Source: an uncultured Clostridia bacterium
GTDB taxonomy: Bacteria; Bacillota; Clostridia; TANB77; CAG-508
Direction: 5' to 3'
DNA: 64,000 nucleotides
Assembly (NCBI GenBank): GCA_934177725.1
Contig: CAKPPO010000009.1
Location: 6,290-70,289 of the forward strand
In this document: one piece after another, positions 27,481-38,474 of the stretch
How the letters are laid out: each line of letters opens with the position of its first letter
How positions within the stretch are numbered: position 1 is the first letter of the stretch
Position numbers and translations under genes: made by a program
The notes under the pieces: generated by a model
Seen by the model: the letters and a program-made list of their open reading frames with translations, nothing else
Told to the model about the DNA's origin: nothing
Database searches by the model: none

Positions 27481-28218
27481 TTATTTAATTTCTCTTGCTT
27501 TTACTACTAATCTTTGTGTTCCATAATTCGTGCAAGTTATAAGAGTTACCTCTCTTCTTCCATTCGTTAATTGGCTAGTACATGCTGTGTCATCTGGGTC
27601 TACTGTATATTTGTCATATACTGAATATTTAACTGTTTTTCCATTAACTCCTTCTAGTTCAATAATATCTCCACTAACTACTTCTGATAAACGACCAAAC
27701 ATTTTCTTACTTTTGTAGTTATGACCTACTATACAATAATTTCCTATTTCATTTGGAGAAGGTCCCCAATATTTATTAACAGATATTTTTAAAAGGCTTT
27801 CTGAAGTTTCGCTGATTACTGGATATTCTATATCTAATCGAGGTACTCTAACTGTTGCTTCTATTGTATAATCTTCTCCATCAGCAGTTGTATATACTTC
27901 TGTAGATGGTTGTTCTTCTGGCACTACCTCTGGAACATTTATAACTTCATTACTATCATCTAATGCTACAATTATGACATTGTCTTTTTTCTTAATGGTA
28001 TTATCTACTTCTTTTTCTTCTCTTCTTTTGGTCATTCCCATTAAGATTTCTTGTGATACTTCTTCGCTCTTTCCTCTATCATACTCTGCATATATATAAT
28101 AAGAAAATAATAAACATGCTAAAAAGACGCATAAAAAGAATTGCAATTTAAACAATTTCTTTTTTCTACGTAATTCTGGTGTTACATATAATTTTTCTGT
28201 TACCAAAATTTGATTCAT
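27481..28218 (-). CDS. Sortase family transpeptidase
   Basis: N-terminal TM segment, catalytic His region IVGHNYK, and the TLITCT active-site Cys motif. Confidence 0.85.
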   Translation of the reverse strand: MNQILVTEKLYVTPELRRKKKLFKLQFFLCVFLACLLFSYYIYAEYDRGKSEEVSQEILMGMTKRREEKEVDNTIKKKDNVIIVALDDSNEVINVPEVVPEEQPSTEVYTTADGEDYTIEATVRVPRLDIEYPVISETSESLLKISVNKYWGPSPNEIGNYCIVGHNYKSKKMFGRLSEVVSGDIIELEGVNGKTVKYSVYDKYTVDPDDTACTSQLTNGRREVTLITCTNYGTQRLVVKAREIK

Positions 28219-28306
28219 TTATTATCTCCTATTTATAATCATCTAATTTTATTATACCATAATTATATTTTTATGCAATATTTACAAATAAAATGTTATA
28301 AATTTG

Positions 28307-29158
28307 TTATATTTTATCAGAAATTTTTGCAAATTGCTCTAATGTTAAATTTTCTCCTCTTACATTTTCGTTTATATTCATCTCATCTAAAATTTGTTTT
28401 AGTTTTGTTTTATCTATTAATCCACTATTTGAAACCCCATTTAGAAAAGTTTTTCTTCTTTGCATAAATGAAACTTTTATTAATTTAAAAAATGTTTTTT
28501 CATCTTTTACTTTTACTGGTGATGTGTTTCTTATTTTTAGGTTTATTACTTCAGATTCCACTTCTGGTGCAGGTATAAAGCTTTGATTTGATACCTTTAC
28601 CACTAGTTCTGTTTCACAATAATATTGCACACTATATGTAATTGCACCTGCTAATTTTTCTCCTGGTTTTGCTGCAAGTCTTTCTGCTACTTCCTTTTGT
28701 ACCATTACTGTAATGCTTTTTATATCTAGTTTGTCTTCTAATAGTTTCATTATAATTGGCGTTGTAATATAATATGGAAGATTTGCAACTATTTTCACAT
28801 CTTTTATTTCATTTTCTTCTTTTTCTTTTTTTATTAATTCTTGTAAATCTACTTTTAGGACATCATCATTTATTAATTCAAAATTTGAATATAAATTAAA
28901 ACGATCCTGTAAAATTGTAATCATTTTTTTATCAAGCTCTATTGCTATTACTTTTCTAGCTTTTTCTAGCAATTTACAAGTTAATGTTCCTAACCCCGGA
29001 CCTATCTCTATAACTAAGTCCTCATTTGATATTTGGGCTGATTCTACAGTTTTATTTATTACGTCATCATCTATTAAGAAATTTTGCCCTAAACTTTTAT
29101 TCGCAGTTATATTATATTTTTTTAAAAGAAACATCGTTTCATTATATGCGCTTTCCAT
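28307..29158 (-). CDS. rsmA: 16S rRNA (adenine1518/1519-N6)-dimethyltransferase
   Basis: KSLGQNFLIDDDVI, EIGPGLGTLT and NLPYYITTPI. Confidence 0.96.
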   Translation of the reverse strand: MESAYNETMFLLKKYNITANKSLGQNFLIDDDVINKTVESAQISNEDLVIEIGPGLGTLTCKLLEKARKVIAIELDKKMITILQDRFNLYSNFELINDDVLKVDLQELIKKEKEENEIKDVKIVANLPYYITTPIIMKLLEDKLDIKSITVMVQKEVAERLAAKPGEKLAGAITYSVQYYCETELVVKVSNQSFIPAPEVESEVINLKIRNTSPVKVKDEKTFFKLIKVSFMQRRKTFLNGVSNSGLIDKTKLKQILDEMNINENVRGENLTLEQFAKISDKI

Positions 29159-29370
29159 TTTATCTCCATTCTTTAAACTATTTTTGGCTAATTTTATAGT
29201 TTCATTTTTACACTCTTAATATAATTTTTATTACTTTCTAGTTTAAACTCTCTTTTTTATCCTAACTATTTTACCATAAATTAACGTGATTGTCTATTTT
29301 CTATTGATTTTTATTCATATTTTCTGTACAATGTTATTGATAAAATACAAATGTAAAAGATGGTGAAAAA

Positions 29371-31641
29371 ATGGATAAAAGAAAAAAAGTTTCTAAATCA
29401 AAAAATATAAAGACTTCTAATAGTGTCAGCTCTAAGGTTGAAAGAAAAAACGTAAAATCTGTAAAATCAAAAAATTTACTTATATGTATGCTTATTATAT
29501 TTGCTATACTTTTGCTACTTATATTAAGGCTAGCATACCTACAATTTATTAAAGGTCCCGATTTAAAAGAAGCAGCTAATCGCCAACAAGCTACAAATCG
29601 TGTTGTAAGTGCTAAAAGAGGTAACATTTATGATTCTACCGGGAAACTGCTTGCAGCTAGCGCTTCTGTAGATACCGTTAGTATTAATCCCTCTAAAATA
29701 AAGAAAGAAAATAGAGAAAAAGTAGCAAAAGCATTTTCCGAAATTTTTGAATTAGATTATGAAGAAACTTTAGCTAAAGTAAATAATAGCACAAGTTCTT
29801 TCGAAACTATGGCAAAAAAAGTAGAAAAAGATAAAATCACAAAATTGCAACAATGGATGAAGGAAACAGAAATCTATTCAGGCATTAATATAGATGAAGA
29901 TGTTAAAAGATATTATCCATACGGAACACTTGCTTCTAATTTAATTGGATTCTGTAATACAGATAATGAAGGTCAAGAAGGTATAGAACTAAAATGGAAT
30001 AGTGTTTTAAGTGGTACATCTGGAAAAATTACTAGTATAGAAAATGCTGCAGCTCAGTTAATACCTGATAAAAATGAAACTTACATACCTGCTGAAAATG
30101 GAAACAACATTACTTTAACTATAGATGCCAATATTCAAACTATTGCTGAAAAATATTTAAAACAAGCATGTATAGAAAATGACTGTAAAAGTGGTGGGAA
30201 TGTAATTATAATGAATCCTTCAACTGGAGATATCTTGGCAATGGCTACATATCCTGATTACGATTTAAATTCACCAAGAACACCAAATGATAGTCTTTCT
30301 AGTACTTGGGATACTCTTTCAAGTGAGGACCAAGTCAATTCTCTAATAAAAATGTGGCGAAATAAATCTGTTTCAGATACATATGAACCTGGCTCTACTT
30401 TTAAAATAATTACTGCTGCCATAGGTTTAGAAGAGGGCGTTGTAAACACAGATACTCCCGGCGATTTTTATTGTTCAGGTTCTGAATTAATAAATGGTAT
30501 TAAAATTAACTGTTGGAAATATCAAACAACTCATGGAAGCCAAACTTTAAGACAAGCTTTAATGAATTCTTGTAACCCTGCATTAATGCAACTTGGAAAG
30601 AGAATTGGTGCTCCAACTTTATATAAATATTATGAAGCCTTTGGTTTATTTGATAAAACTGGAATTGCAACTTCTGGAGAAGCTAACAGCTATTTCTGGA
30701 ATTTAGATGACGTAGGACCTATAGAACTTGCAACAATGTCATTTGGTCAACGTTTCCGTGTCACTCCTATTCAACTAATTACTGCTGTATCTTCTGTTGC
30801 AAATAATGGTGTTCTAGTTGAGCCACGTATTGTAAAACAAGTTGAAAATCCAGACACTGGCGCTATTACTTCTATAGAATCTACTAATGTACGACAAGTA
30901 ATTTCAAAAGAAACATCTGATAAGTTAATGAATATGTTAGAATCTGTTGTAACTGAAGGAACTGGTAGATACGGACAAGTTAAAGGTTATAGTATAGCTG
31001 GAAAGACAGGTACTTCAGAGCCAGATTCTACAAATGAAAATGCAATGTATGTAGCATCATTTGTTGGAATCTCTCCTGTTCAAAATCCTGAGGTAGTTGC
31101 ATTAGTTACATTATATGATCCAAAAGGAAAAGCAGGACATCAAGGTGGTACAATAGCTGCACCTGTTGTTTCTCAGATACTAAGTGAAGTATTACCTTAT
31201 TTAGGAGTCCCATCAGACGATTTATCTTCTGATGAAGGTACAAATACTGTTACTACAACTACATTATTAGATGTTAGAAATAAAACTTTAGCAGAAGCTA
31301 AAAAGATAATTGAAGATGCAGGATTTACTTGCAATATTTCAGGCGAGGATACTTCTTTACTAGTAACAGACCAAGTTCCAAAGCCAGGTACGGCTTTAGT
31401 AAGTGGAGCTATTGTTAATTTATATTCAGAAGGAAATGAAGCTAGAATATCACAAGAAGTACCAGACTTAAAAGGAATGAGTTATTTACAAGCCAAAAGT
31501 GCTTTAAAGCAAAAGAATTTAAATATTCACGTAACTGGAACAGGAACTGTTCTTTCACAAGATCCTATGGCTGGAACTTCTGTAGAAGAAGGAACTGTTA
31601 TAAATGTAACACTAAAAAAAGAAATACAAGATGCACATTAA
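29371..31641 (+). CDS. Class B penicillin-binding protein (SpoVD/PBP2B-like) with two PASTA domains
   Basis: GSTFKII, NSCNP and GKTGTS motifs. It is a paralog of 22830-24983. Confidence 0.92.
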   Translation: MDKRKKVSKSKNIKTSNSVSSKVERKNVKSVKSKNLLICMLIIFAILLLLILRLAYLQFIKGPDLKEAANRQQATNRVVSAKRGNIYDSTGKLLAASASVDTVSINPSKIKKENREKVAKAFSEIFELDYEETLAKVNNSTSSFETMAKKVEKDKITKLQQWMKETEIYSGINIDEDVKRYYPYGTLASNLIGFCNTDNEGQEGIELKWNSVLSGTSGKITSIENAAAQLIPDKNETYIPAENGNNITLTIDANIQTIAEKYLKQACIENDCKSGGNVIIMNPSTGDILAMATYPDYDLNSPRTPNDSLSSTWDTLSSEDQVNSLIKMWRNKSVSDTYEPGSTFKIITAAIGLEEGVVNTDTPGDFYCSGSELINGIKINCWKYQTTHGSQTLRQALMNSCNPALMQLGKRIGAPTLYKYYEAFGLFDKTGIATSGEANSYFWNLDDVGPIELATMSFGQRFRVTPIQLITAVSSVANNGVLVEPRIVKQVENPDTGAITSIESTNVRQVISKETSDKLMNMLESVVTEGTGRYGQVKGYSIAGKTGTSEPDSTNENAMYVASFVGISPVQNPEVVALVTLYDPKGKAGHQGGTIAAPVVSQILSEVLPYLGVPSDDLSSDEGTNTVTTTTLLDVRNKTLAEAKKIIEDAGFTCNISGEDTSLLVTDQVPKPGTALVSGAIVNLYSEGNEARISQEVPDLKGMSYLQAKSALKQKNLNIHVTGTGTVLSQDPMAGTSVEEGTVINVTLKKEIQDAH

Positions 31642-31664
31642 AAACATTTTGCATTTATGTAATA

Positions 31665-31701
31665 AAATAGCAAACTTAAAATCTTCTTAAGTTTGCTATT
31701 T
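31665..31701. terminator. Bidirectional terminator
   Basis: 15-bp stem aaatagcaaacttaa / ttaagtttgctattt between the convergent PBP and SDR genes. Confidence 0.7.
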
Positions 31702-31708
31702 TTATTTA

Positions 31709-32479
31709 TTATTGTATTTTTTTACTTTGCATATGGTAGCATATTTTTGTGCTAATTGTGTCTGGTGATATTTTACTTAAAAATCTCGCCATTTTAATTT
31801 TCCATCCTGGAATAATTAAAAACTTTCCTTTTAAAGTTTTATTTATTGCATATTGAGCAACATATTCACTAGATAATCCTTTTAATGCAAATCTTACACT
31901 TGCTACTTTATTAAAGTTTGTATTTACAGGTCCTGGGCATAAAACGCTTATTTTAACATTTGATTTATCTTTCCTTAACTCTTCTCTTATAGCTTGGCTA
32001 AACCTTAATACATAATTTTTTGTTGCATAATATGTTGCCATTAATGGACCTGCCATAAAAGATGCCACAGATGCAACATTAAGGATTCTTCCACTATCTC
32101 TTTCTACCATGTCTTTTAAAAACATTTTTGTTAAAATGTGTACTGCTTTTATGTTTGTATCTACCATTTTCATTTCTGTTTCTAAATCTGTATTTATCAT
32201 TTTGCCACATAATCCAAATCCTGCATTGTTAATTAGCAAATCTATATTTTGGTATTTTTCTTTTACTTCATTATATAGTTTTAAACACTCTTCTTCTTTG
32301 CTTAAATCTGCTAAATATATATCTACTTTATTGTTATTCTTCTCATTTAATTCTTTTTTTAATTCTTTTAAATTCTCTTCATTTCTTGCTGTTATAATTA
32401 TATCATAATTTAAATTATTCAATATTCGAGCCATGTCTCTTCCTATTCCAGAAGATGCTCCCGTAATTAGTGCTATCAT
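31709..32479 (-). CDS. SDR-family oxidoreductase
   Basis: TGASSGIG cofactor motif, NNAG, and the YxxxK motif (YYATK). Confidence 0.88.
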   Translation of the reverse strand: MIALITGASSGIGRDMARILNNLNYDIIITARNEENLKELKKELNEKNNNKVDIYLADLSKEEECLKLYNEVKEKYQNIDLLINNAGFGLCGKMINTDLETEMKMVDTNIKAVHILTKMFLKDMVERDSGRILNVASVASFMAGPLMATYYATKNYVLRFSQAIREELRKDKSNVKISVLCPGPVNTNFNKVASVRFALKGLSSEYVAQYAINKTLKGKFLIIPGWKIKMARFLSKISPDTISTKICYHMQSKKIQ

Positions 32480-32500
32480 ATTTCTTTTTCCCTTTTTAAT

Positions 32501-32791
32501 TTATTTAAATAAATCTGAATGACTTCCCGTATCAACTAATAATAAAATAAGTGTATTTTTATCTTTCATATATACTAATAACCAATCTGGTTTTATATGA
32601 CATTCCCATATTCCATTTTTCTTTGGCTCTAATAAATGATTATGATATTTTTCTGGTAATATTGTATCATTTATTAACATTTCAATAACTTTTTTAAATT
32701 CTTTTTCGTCATATCCTTGCTTTGTTATTAGTTTTTTATATGATTTTTTAAATTTAGTTGTACGTTGTATTTTGTATTTATTCATTGTCAT
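32501..32791 (-). CDS. yafQ: Type II toxin, YafQ/RelE family mRNA interferase
   Basis: KFKKSYKKL..., HLLEPKKNGIWECHIKPDWLLVY....DTGSHSDLF (YafQ signature). It overlaps the antitoxin gene by 14 nt. Confidence 0.85.
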   Translation of the reverse strand: MTMNKYKIQRTTKFKKSYKKLITKQGYDEKEFKKVIEMLINDTILPEKYHNHLLEPKKNGIWECHIKPDWLLVYMKDKNTLILLLVDTGSHSDLFK

Positions 32792-33062
32792 TTAGATCCT
32801 CCATTAATTCATCTACACTATTAAATGTTTTATATTTATCAGAGTTCTTCATCATTCTGTTAGCTTCTGCTATTGCCTCTAACATTTCATCATTAAATTT
32901 TGGTTTTTTTATCATAAAAGGAATACTTTCTGTTAATACAACTTGCTTTAAAAATATAGTAACTGCATCTGCTATATTCATTCCTAGTTCATTTAATGTT
33001 TCTTCTACTTCTTTTTTTAATTTTGGTTCTACTCTTATATTAATTGTTTCAGTTTTAGTCAT
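32778..33062 (-). CDS. dinJ: Type II antitoxin, RelB/DinJ family
   Basis: INIRVEPKLKKEVEETLNELGMNIADAVTIFLKQV (ribbon-helix-helix). The start is set at MTKTET (ATG 33060-33062) after a GGAGGTG RBS. Confidence 0.85.
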   Translation of the reverse strand: MTKTETINIRVEPKLKKEVEETLNELGMNIADAVTIFLKQVVLTESIPFMIKKPKFNDEMLEAIAEANRMMKNSDKYKTFNSVDELMEDLNDNE

Positions 33063-33265
33063 ATTAAATTCACCTCCATTCATAATATATTTATATTGTA
33101 ACACATTGTGTATACATTGTCAATGTATCATTATATTATATTATTTTTTCCAAACTTTAGTTACAATATACAAAATAAAAAGAAACAATTGTAAAACTGC
33201 TTCTTTATTTTAATTTATTTGTATTATTTGACGCAAAAGGAAGCGTCCCCCTTTGCGTCATATTT

Positions 33266-35068
33266 CTAGTTATTAAAGATGGCGTCAAATTCTTCTCCAT
33301 CAATTTTTTCTTTTTCTAATAGTACTCCTGCTACAGCATGTAATTTATCGATATTATCTCTTAAAATTTGTTCTGCTCTTCTATATGCATTGTCAACTAT
33401 TTTCTTAACTTCTTCATCTATAACTGCTGCTGTTTCTTCTGAGTATTCTTTTGCTTGTGCAAAATCTCTACCTAAAAATACTTCTTCTTGTCCTGAACCC
33501 AGCATTATTGCTCCAATTCTATCGCTCATACCATATTTTGTAACCATATTTCTTGCAATTTGAGTTGCTCTTTGTATGTCATTACTTGCACCTGTTGATA
33601 CATCATTTAGAATTAAACTTTCAGCTACTCTACCACCAAGTAAAGATACAATTGTCTCTTCCATTTCAGATTTAGACATGAAGTTTTTGTCTTCTGTTGG
33701 ACGATACATTGTATATCCGCCAGCCATTCCTCTAGGTACTATTGATATTTGATGAACAGGGTCTTGTGTTGGTAAGAATCTACTTACAACAGCGTGACCT
33801 GCCTCATGATATGCTACTAATTTATTTTCTTTTTCGTTTCTAACTTTTGTTCTCTTCTCTGGTCCCATTGTTACTTTTACCATAGCATCTTCTATTTCTT
33901 TCATTCCGATTTCTGGTAAATTTCTTCTTGCAGCAAGTAGAGCTGCTTCGTTTAATACGTTTTCTAGGTCTGCTCCTGCAAATCCTGATGTATTTTTAGC
34001 AATTACTCTTAAATCTACATCATCTGCTAATCTTTTCTTTCTACTATGAACTTCTAATATTTGTTCTCTTGCTTTTACGTCTGGTGCTCCTACTACAATT
34101 TGTCTGTCAAATCTTCCTGCACGAAGTAGTGCTTTGTCTAGTACGTCTGGACGGTTTGTTGCAGCTAATACGATAACTCCTTCATTTTCTGCAAATCCAT
34201 CCATTTCAACTAATAATTGATTTAATGTTTGTTCTCTTTCATCATGTCCTCCACCAAGTCCTGCACCTCTTTGACGTCCAACTGCATCAATTTCATCTAT
34301 GAATATAATACATGGTGCTTTTCTTTTTGCTTCCTCAAATAAGTCTCTAACTCTTGATGCACCAACACCAACAAACATTTCTACGAAATCTGAACCACTT
34401 ATAATAAAGAATGGTACTCCTGCTTCTCCTGCTACTGCTTTTGCAAGTAATGTTTTACCTGTACCCGGTTGACCTACAAGTAATACACCTTTTGGGATTC
34501 TTGCACCCATTTCTGTGAATTTTCTAGGATTTTTTAAGAATTCTACAATTTCTTCTAATTCTTCTTTTTCTTCATCTACACCTGCTACATCTTTAAATGT
34601 AACTTTTGCTTTATCTTGTGGGTTTAGCATTCTTGCTCTACTTTTTCCAAATGTCATTGTTTTGTTTCCACCAGCTTGGTTTCCATTCATTAGGAAGAAC
34701 CAGAAAATGATGAATATTGCAAGTATTCCAAATGGAGTAAGTAAACTTAAACCTATTGCCCAAATTGATTGTGATTTTTCTGTTACTTTAACACTATCTG
34801 TTTTCATTGATTCTTGAAGATTGCTCATCAAACTATCAATACTTGGAATATTAACTTCTTTTTTAACATTATCATTTTTTAATAATACTTCTGAACTTTT
34901 TCCATCTGAAGCTATTTCAATTTCTTTTACTTCTCCAGCCTCTATTTTTGAAATTAATTCTGAATAAGCTAGTTTATTGTTTGAATTATCTAATATAGAA
35001 GTAATTACAACAATAAATATAACTAGAATTATTAGCCACATTGCTAACGTTTTTATACTATTTTTCAA
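33266..35068 (-). CDS. ftsH: ATP-dependent zinc metalloprotease FtsH
   Basis: [23 protein letters not shown], an SRH region and the HEAGHA zinc site. The start is set at TTG 35066-35068, 8 nt after AAGGAGG. Confidence 0.97.
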   Translation of the reverse strand: MKNSIKTLAMWLIILVIFIVVITSILDNSNNKLAYSELISKIEAGEVKEIEIASDGKSSEVLLKNDNVKKEVNIPSIDSLMSNLQESMKTDSVKVTEKSQSIWAIGLSLLTPFGILAIFIIFWFFLMNGNQAGGNKTMTFGKSRARMLNPQDKAKVTFKDVAGVDEEKEELEEIVEFLKNPRKFTEMGARIPKGVLLVGQPGTGKTLLAKAVAGEAGVPFFIISGSDFVEMFVGVGASRVRDLFEEAKRKAPCIIFIDEIDAVGRQRGAGLGGGHDEREQTLNQLLVEMDGFAENEGVIVLAATNRPDVLDKALLRAGRFDRQIVVGAPDVKAREQILEVHSRKKRLADDVDLRVIAKNTSGFAGADLENVLNEAALLAARRNLPEIGMKEIEDAMVKVTMGPEKRTKVRNEKENKLVAYHEAGHAVVSRFLPTQDPVHQISIVPRGMAGGYTMYRPTEDKNFMSKSEMEETIVSLLGGRVAESLILNDVSTGASNDIQRATQIARNMVTKYGMSDRIGAIMLGSGQEEVFLGRDFAQAKEYSEETAAVIDEEVKKIVDNAYRRAEQILRDNIDKLHAVAGVLLEKEKIDGEEFDAIFNN

Positions 35069-35219
35069 TTTATTTGCCTCCTTAAATTTAAACAAATACT
35101 TTTATCTACTTTTGCACTATAACATATTAAATTTTTATTTGCAAGAGTTTTTCATCAACTTTTTTTCGTCAAATCCTTACACTGCAAGGATTTGTTTACG
35201 GAACTTTCCCCTTTGCCTA

Positions 35220-36233
35220 TTATAATTTTATGAAAAAAATTTTTCCTTTTCCTACTTTTACTTTTATATTCTTATTTGGTGTTAAAAATTTATTTCCTAT
35301 ATTATTTGTACAAAGCTTAACAATGTCTGTAATATGTATTTTTTCAATGTTTTGCTTACTTCCCATTAGTATATTTATAGTATATCTAACTAGTCTATTT
35401 TTTATTACTGTTTCTTCACAATTAAATTTTTTTAAGTCTAAAATTATTGTATTGCTTCCCTCAAATTGTTTATTCCCTAAATATTCCTCGATTAAAACTT
35501 GTTCATATGTTTTTTTTACTTGTTTTTCTAAATATTCGTCTTCTTTTGAGACTAATTGAGACATACGATTTAATGAAGTTATAATATTAGGGTTGAATTT
35601 TTTTTCTATAAAAGGAATTAACTCATTTCTAACTTTATTTCTTGTATAAATATTTTCATTGTTTGTTTTATCTATCTTTGGCTCCAATTTTTGCTCTTCA
35701 CAATATTCTTCTATTTCTTTTCTTATAAGTTCTATTATTGGTCTTATAAATTTATTTTCTCTTTTTATTTCTATTCCCTTAATACCAGATAAACCTGTTC
35801 CACGAATTATATTCATTAAAATTGTTTCTGCATTATCATTTGCAGTATGTGCTGTAGCTATTTTATTTGCTTTACATTTATCTGCAACTTCTTCAAAGAA
35901 TGAATATCTAAGTTTTCTTCCTGCTTCTTCTGTTCCTATTTTACTTTCTTTTGCAAGTTCTTCAACTTTTTCTTTTTTTACATAGCATGGAATATTATTC
36001 TTTTTGCAAAATTCTTGAACATACTTAGTTTCTTCATCCGCTTCTACTCTAATTCCGTGATTTATGTGCGCCACTACTATTTTGCAATTTATTTTTTTCA
36101 TTTTATTTAGAGAAATAAGTACATTTAATAAAGTCATAGAATCTGGTCCCCCAGACACACCTACAACAATAGCATCTCCATTTTCAATTAATTCATACTT
36201 TCTAATTGTTTCCAATACTTTTTCTTCTATCAT
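35220..36233 (-). CDS. tilS: tRNA(Ile)-lysidine synthase
   Basis: PP-loop VGVSGGPDSMTLL; located immediately upstream of ftsH. Confidence 0.9.
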   Translation of the reverse strand: MIEEKVLETIRKYELIENGDAIVVGVSGGPDSMTLLNVLISLNKMKKINCKIVVAHINHGIRVEADEETKYVQEFCKKNNIPCYVKKEKVEELAKESKIGTEEAGRKLRYSFFEEVADKCKANKIATAHTANDNAETILMNIIRGTGLSGIKGIEIKRENKFIRPIIELIRKEIEEYCEEQKLEPKIDKTNNENIYTRNKVRNELIPFIEKKFNPNIITSLNRMSQLVSKEDEYLEKQVKKTYEQVLIEEYLGNKQFEGSNTIILDLKKFNCEETVIKNRLVRYTINILMGSKQNIEKIHITDIVKLCTNNIGNKFLTPNKNIKVKVGKGKIFFIKL

Positions 36234-36360
36234 TTTCTTTTCTTCTTTCCTTCTTTCCTTAAAGGTATTATAACAATTTTTATAATAAAATGTTTTTCTA
36301 TATTTTTACTATAGTATCTTTTAACAAATATTCGCCTACTATAATAGGCGAATTTTTAGT

Positions 36361-37692
36361 TTATTCTCTGTATTTTTCTATATTTGCAAATTTTGTGTAA
36401 TTGCCAAGCCATAATAATTCTACTGTACCAGTTGAACCTGAACGATGTTTTGCAAGTATTACTTCTGCAATATTTTTCTTTTCGCTATCTTCATTATAAT
36501 AGTCATCTCTATATAAGAACATAACAATATCGGCATCTTGCTCTATAGCTCCAGATTCACGAAGGTCTGAAAGCATAGGTCTATGGTCTGGACGTTGTTC
36601 TGGCGCTCTTGATAATTGTGATAGTGCTATTACTGGCACATTTATTTCTTTAGCTAATATTTTTAAAGAACGGCTAATTTCTGAAATTTCTTGTTCACGT
36701 GAAGAACCTCTTTTGCCTGAGCCTTGTACTAATTGCAAGTAATCTATAACAACTAGTCCAATATTTTGTTCTAATTTTAACTTTCTACATTTAGCCCTTA
36801 TTTCCATTATAGAAATACCTGGTGTATCATCTATAAATATTTTAGATTCAGATAAAGTTCCGGAAGCTTGTGCTAATTTTCCCCAGTCTTCATCATCAAT
36901 TTTACCTGTTCTTACTTTGTTGCTGTCTACCATTGCTTCACTACATAAAATACGATTTACCATTTGTTCTTTTGACATTTCCAAGCTAAATATTGCTACT
37001 GGTGTGTTTCCACGTGTTGCTGCATAAGAAGCTATATTTAGTGCAAATGCTGATTTACCCATAGCAGGTCTTGCTGCAACTAATATTAAATCTGAATTGT
37101 GAAGTCCTGCAGTTTTATAATCTAAGTCTGCAAATCCTGTAGGTACACCTGTAATATGTTGTTTTTGGTTGTATAATTGCTCTAATTGAGTAAATGTATC
37201 TACTAATATGTCTTTAATTGAAGAATAGCCTTTTTGATTTCTTGATTGTATTGTATCAAAAATTTTCTTTTCTGCTTGATCCATCAAAAAGTCAACTTCT
37301 TGAGTTTCGTCATATCCTAATTTTATTATTTCATTAGCTGTTTTTAATAAACTACGAAGCAATGATTTTTCTTCTACTATTTTTATATATTTATCTACGT
37401 TTGCAGTAGTTGGTACTTTATCTGGAAGTTCGGCTAAATACTCTAATCCACCAATTGCTTCTAATTTTCCAAGTGAAGAAAGCTCAGCTTTTAGTGTAAT
37501 AATATCAACTGGCTCTGCACGATTATATAAATTCAAAATTGCACCATATATTGTTTTATTATCTTCTCTGTAAAAATCTTCTTCTTTTAGTACTTCAATA
37601 GCAGAAATAATTGCTTCTTTATCTGTAAGCATACTTCCTATAACTGCTTGTTCAGCTTCTGTATCGTGTGGTGGCACTTTTGCTAACTCCAT
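36361..37692 (-). CDS. dnaB: Replicative DNA helicase (DnaB family)
   Basis: PPHDTEAEQAVIGSML, Walker A ARPAMGKSAF and IDYLQL. Confidence 0.97.
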   Translation of the reverse strand: MELAKVPPHDTEAEQAVIGSMLTDKEAIISAIEVLKEEDFYREDNKTIYGAILNLYNRAEPVDIITLKAELSSLGKLEAIGGLEYLAELPDKVPTTANVDKYIKIVEEKSLLRSLLKTANEIIKLGYDETQEVDFLMDQAEKKIFDTIQSRNQKGYSSIKDILVDTFTQLEQLYNQKQHITGVPTGFADLDYKTAGLHNSDLILVAARPAMGKSAFALNIASYAATRGNTPVAIFSLEMSKEQMVNRILCSEAMVDSNKVRTGKIDDEDWGKLAQASGTLSESKIFIDDTPGISIMEIRAKCRKLKLEQNIGLVVIDYLQLVQGSGKRGSSREQEISEISRSLKILAKEINVPVIALSQLSRAPEQRPDHRPMLSDLRESGAIEQDADIVMFLYRDDYYNEDSEKKNIAEVILAKHRSGSTGTVELLWLGNYTKFANIEKYRE

Positions 37693-37815
37693 AAATAATC
37701 TCCTTTTTGCGAACTATTAAAGTATATTTAATTAGTTTGCAATAATTTTGTTTTATATTACATTTAATTTTTTTAAGTCCTATAATCTAAATACTTTTAA
37801 GTAATTTGTATTCAA

Positions 37816-38262
37816 CTAACCTGCAATAATTTGAACTTTTAATTTTCCTATTATACCTTCATATAGCTTAATGTCTACTGTAGTAGTTCCTAAAACTTTT
37901 ATTGTTTCGTTTAGCATAATTTTCTTTTTATCTATTTCTATTTTGTATTGAGTTTTTAAATTTTCTGAAATTTCTTTTGATGTAACCCCTCCAAATATTT
38001 TTCCATTCTCTCCTGCTTTTACTTTTAAAACTAATGTTATATCTTTTAACTTATTAGCTAGCTTTGTTGCTTCTTCTTTTTCTACATCTTTTCTATACTG
38101 ATTTGATTCTTGTTTTGCTTTCAAGTTTCCTAAGTTTCCTGCATTTGCCTCTACTGCCAATTTTTTAGGAAATAAATAATTTCTTGCATACCCATCGTTT
38201 GCATTTATAATTTGGTCTTTCTTTCCTACACCTTTAATATCTTGTAATAATATAACTTTCAT
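37816..38262 (-). CDS. rplI: 50S ribosomal protein L9
   Basis: [36 protein letters not shown]. Confidence 0.97.
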   Translation of the reverse strand: MKVILLQDIKGVGKKDQIINANDGYARNYLFPKKLAVEANAGNLGNLKAKQESNQYRKDVEKEEATKLANKLKDITLVLKVKAGENGKIFGGVTSKEISENLKTQYKIEIDKKKIMLNETIKVLGTTTVDIKLYEGIIGKLKVQIIAG

Positions 38263-38474
38263 TTTATTTACCTCCTTAAGTAGTACGATTATATCACATT
38301 TTTGTTAGAATAGGAATAGTTTTATTAACATTTTTAATTCAAATAGAAAAGTGAAACTATTTTTTTAACAATTGAAAATTTCAAGAAAATTTAAGACTCA
38401 ATATTTGTTCAGTACAGAAATGCCTACTATATAAAAATAATGTAGTAAATACAAATTACTACATTATTTTATAA

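Noticed and set aside
29334-29627. 97-aa minus-strand ORF
   Set aside because: It is antisense to the 5' end of the well-supported PBP gene (29371-31641) and has no RBS.
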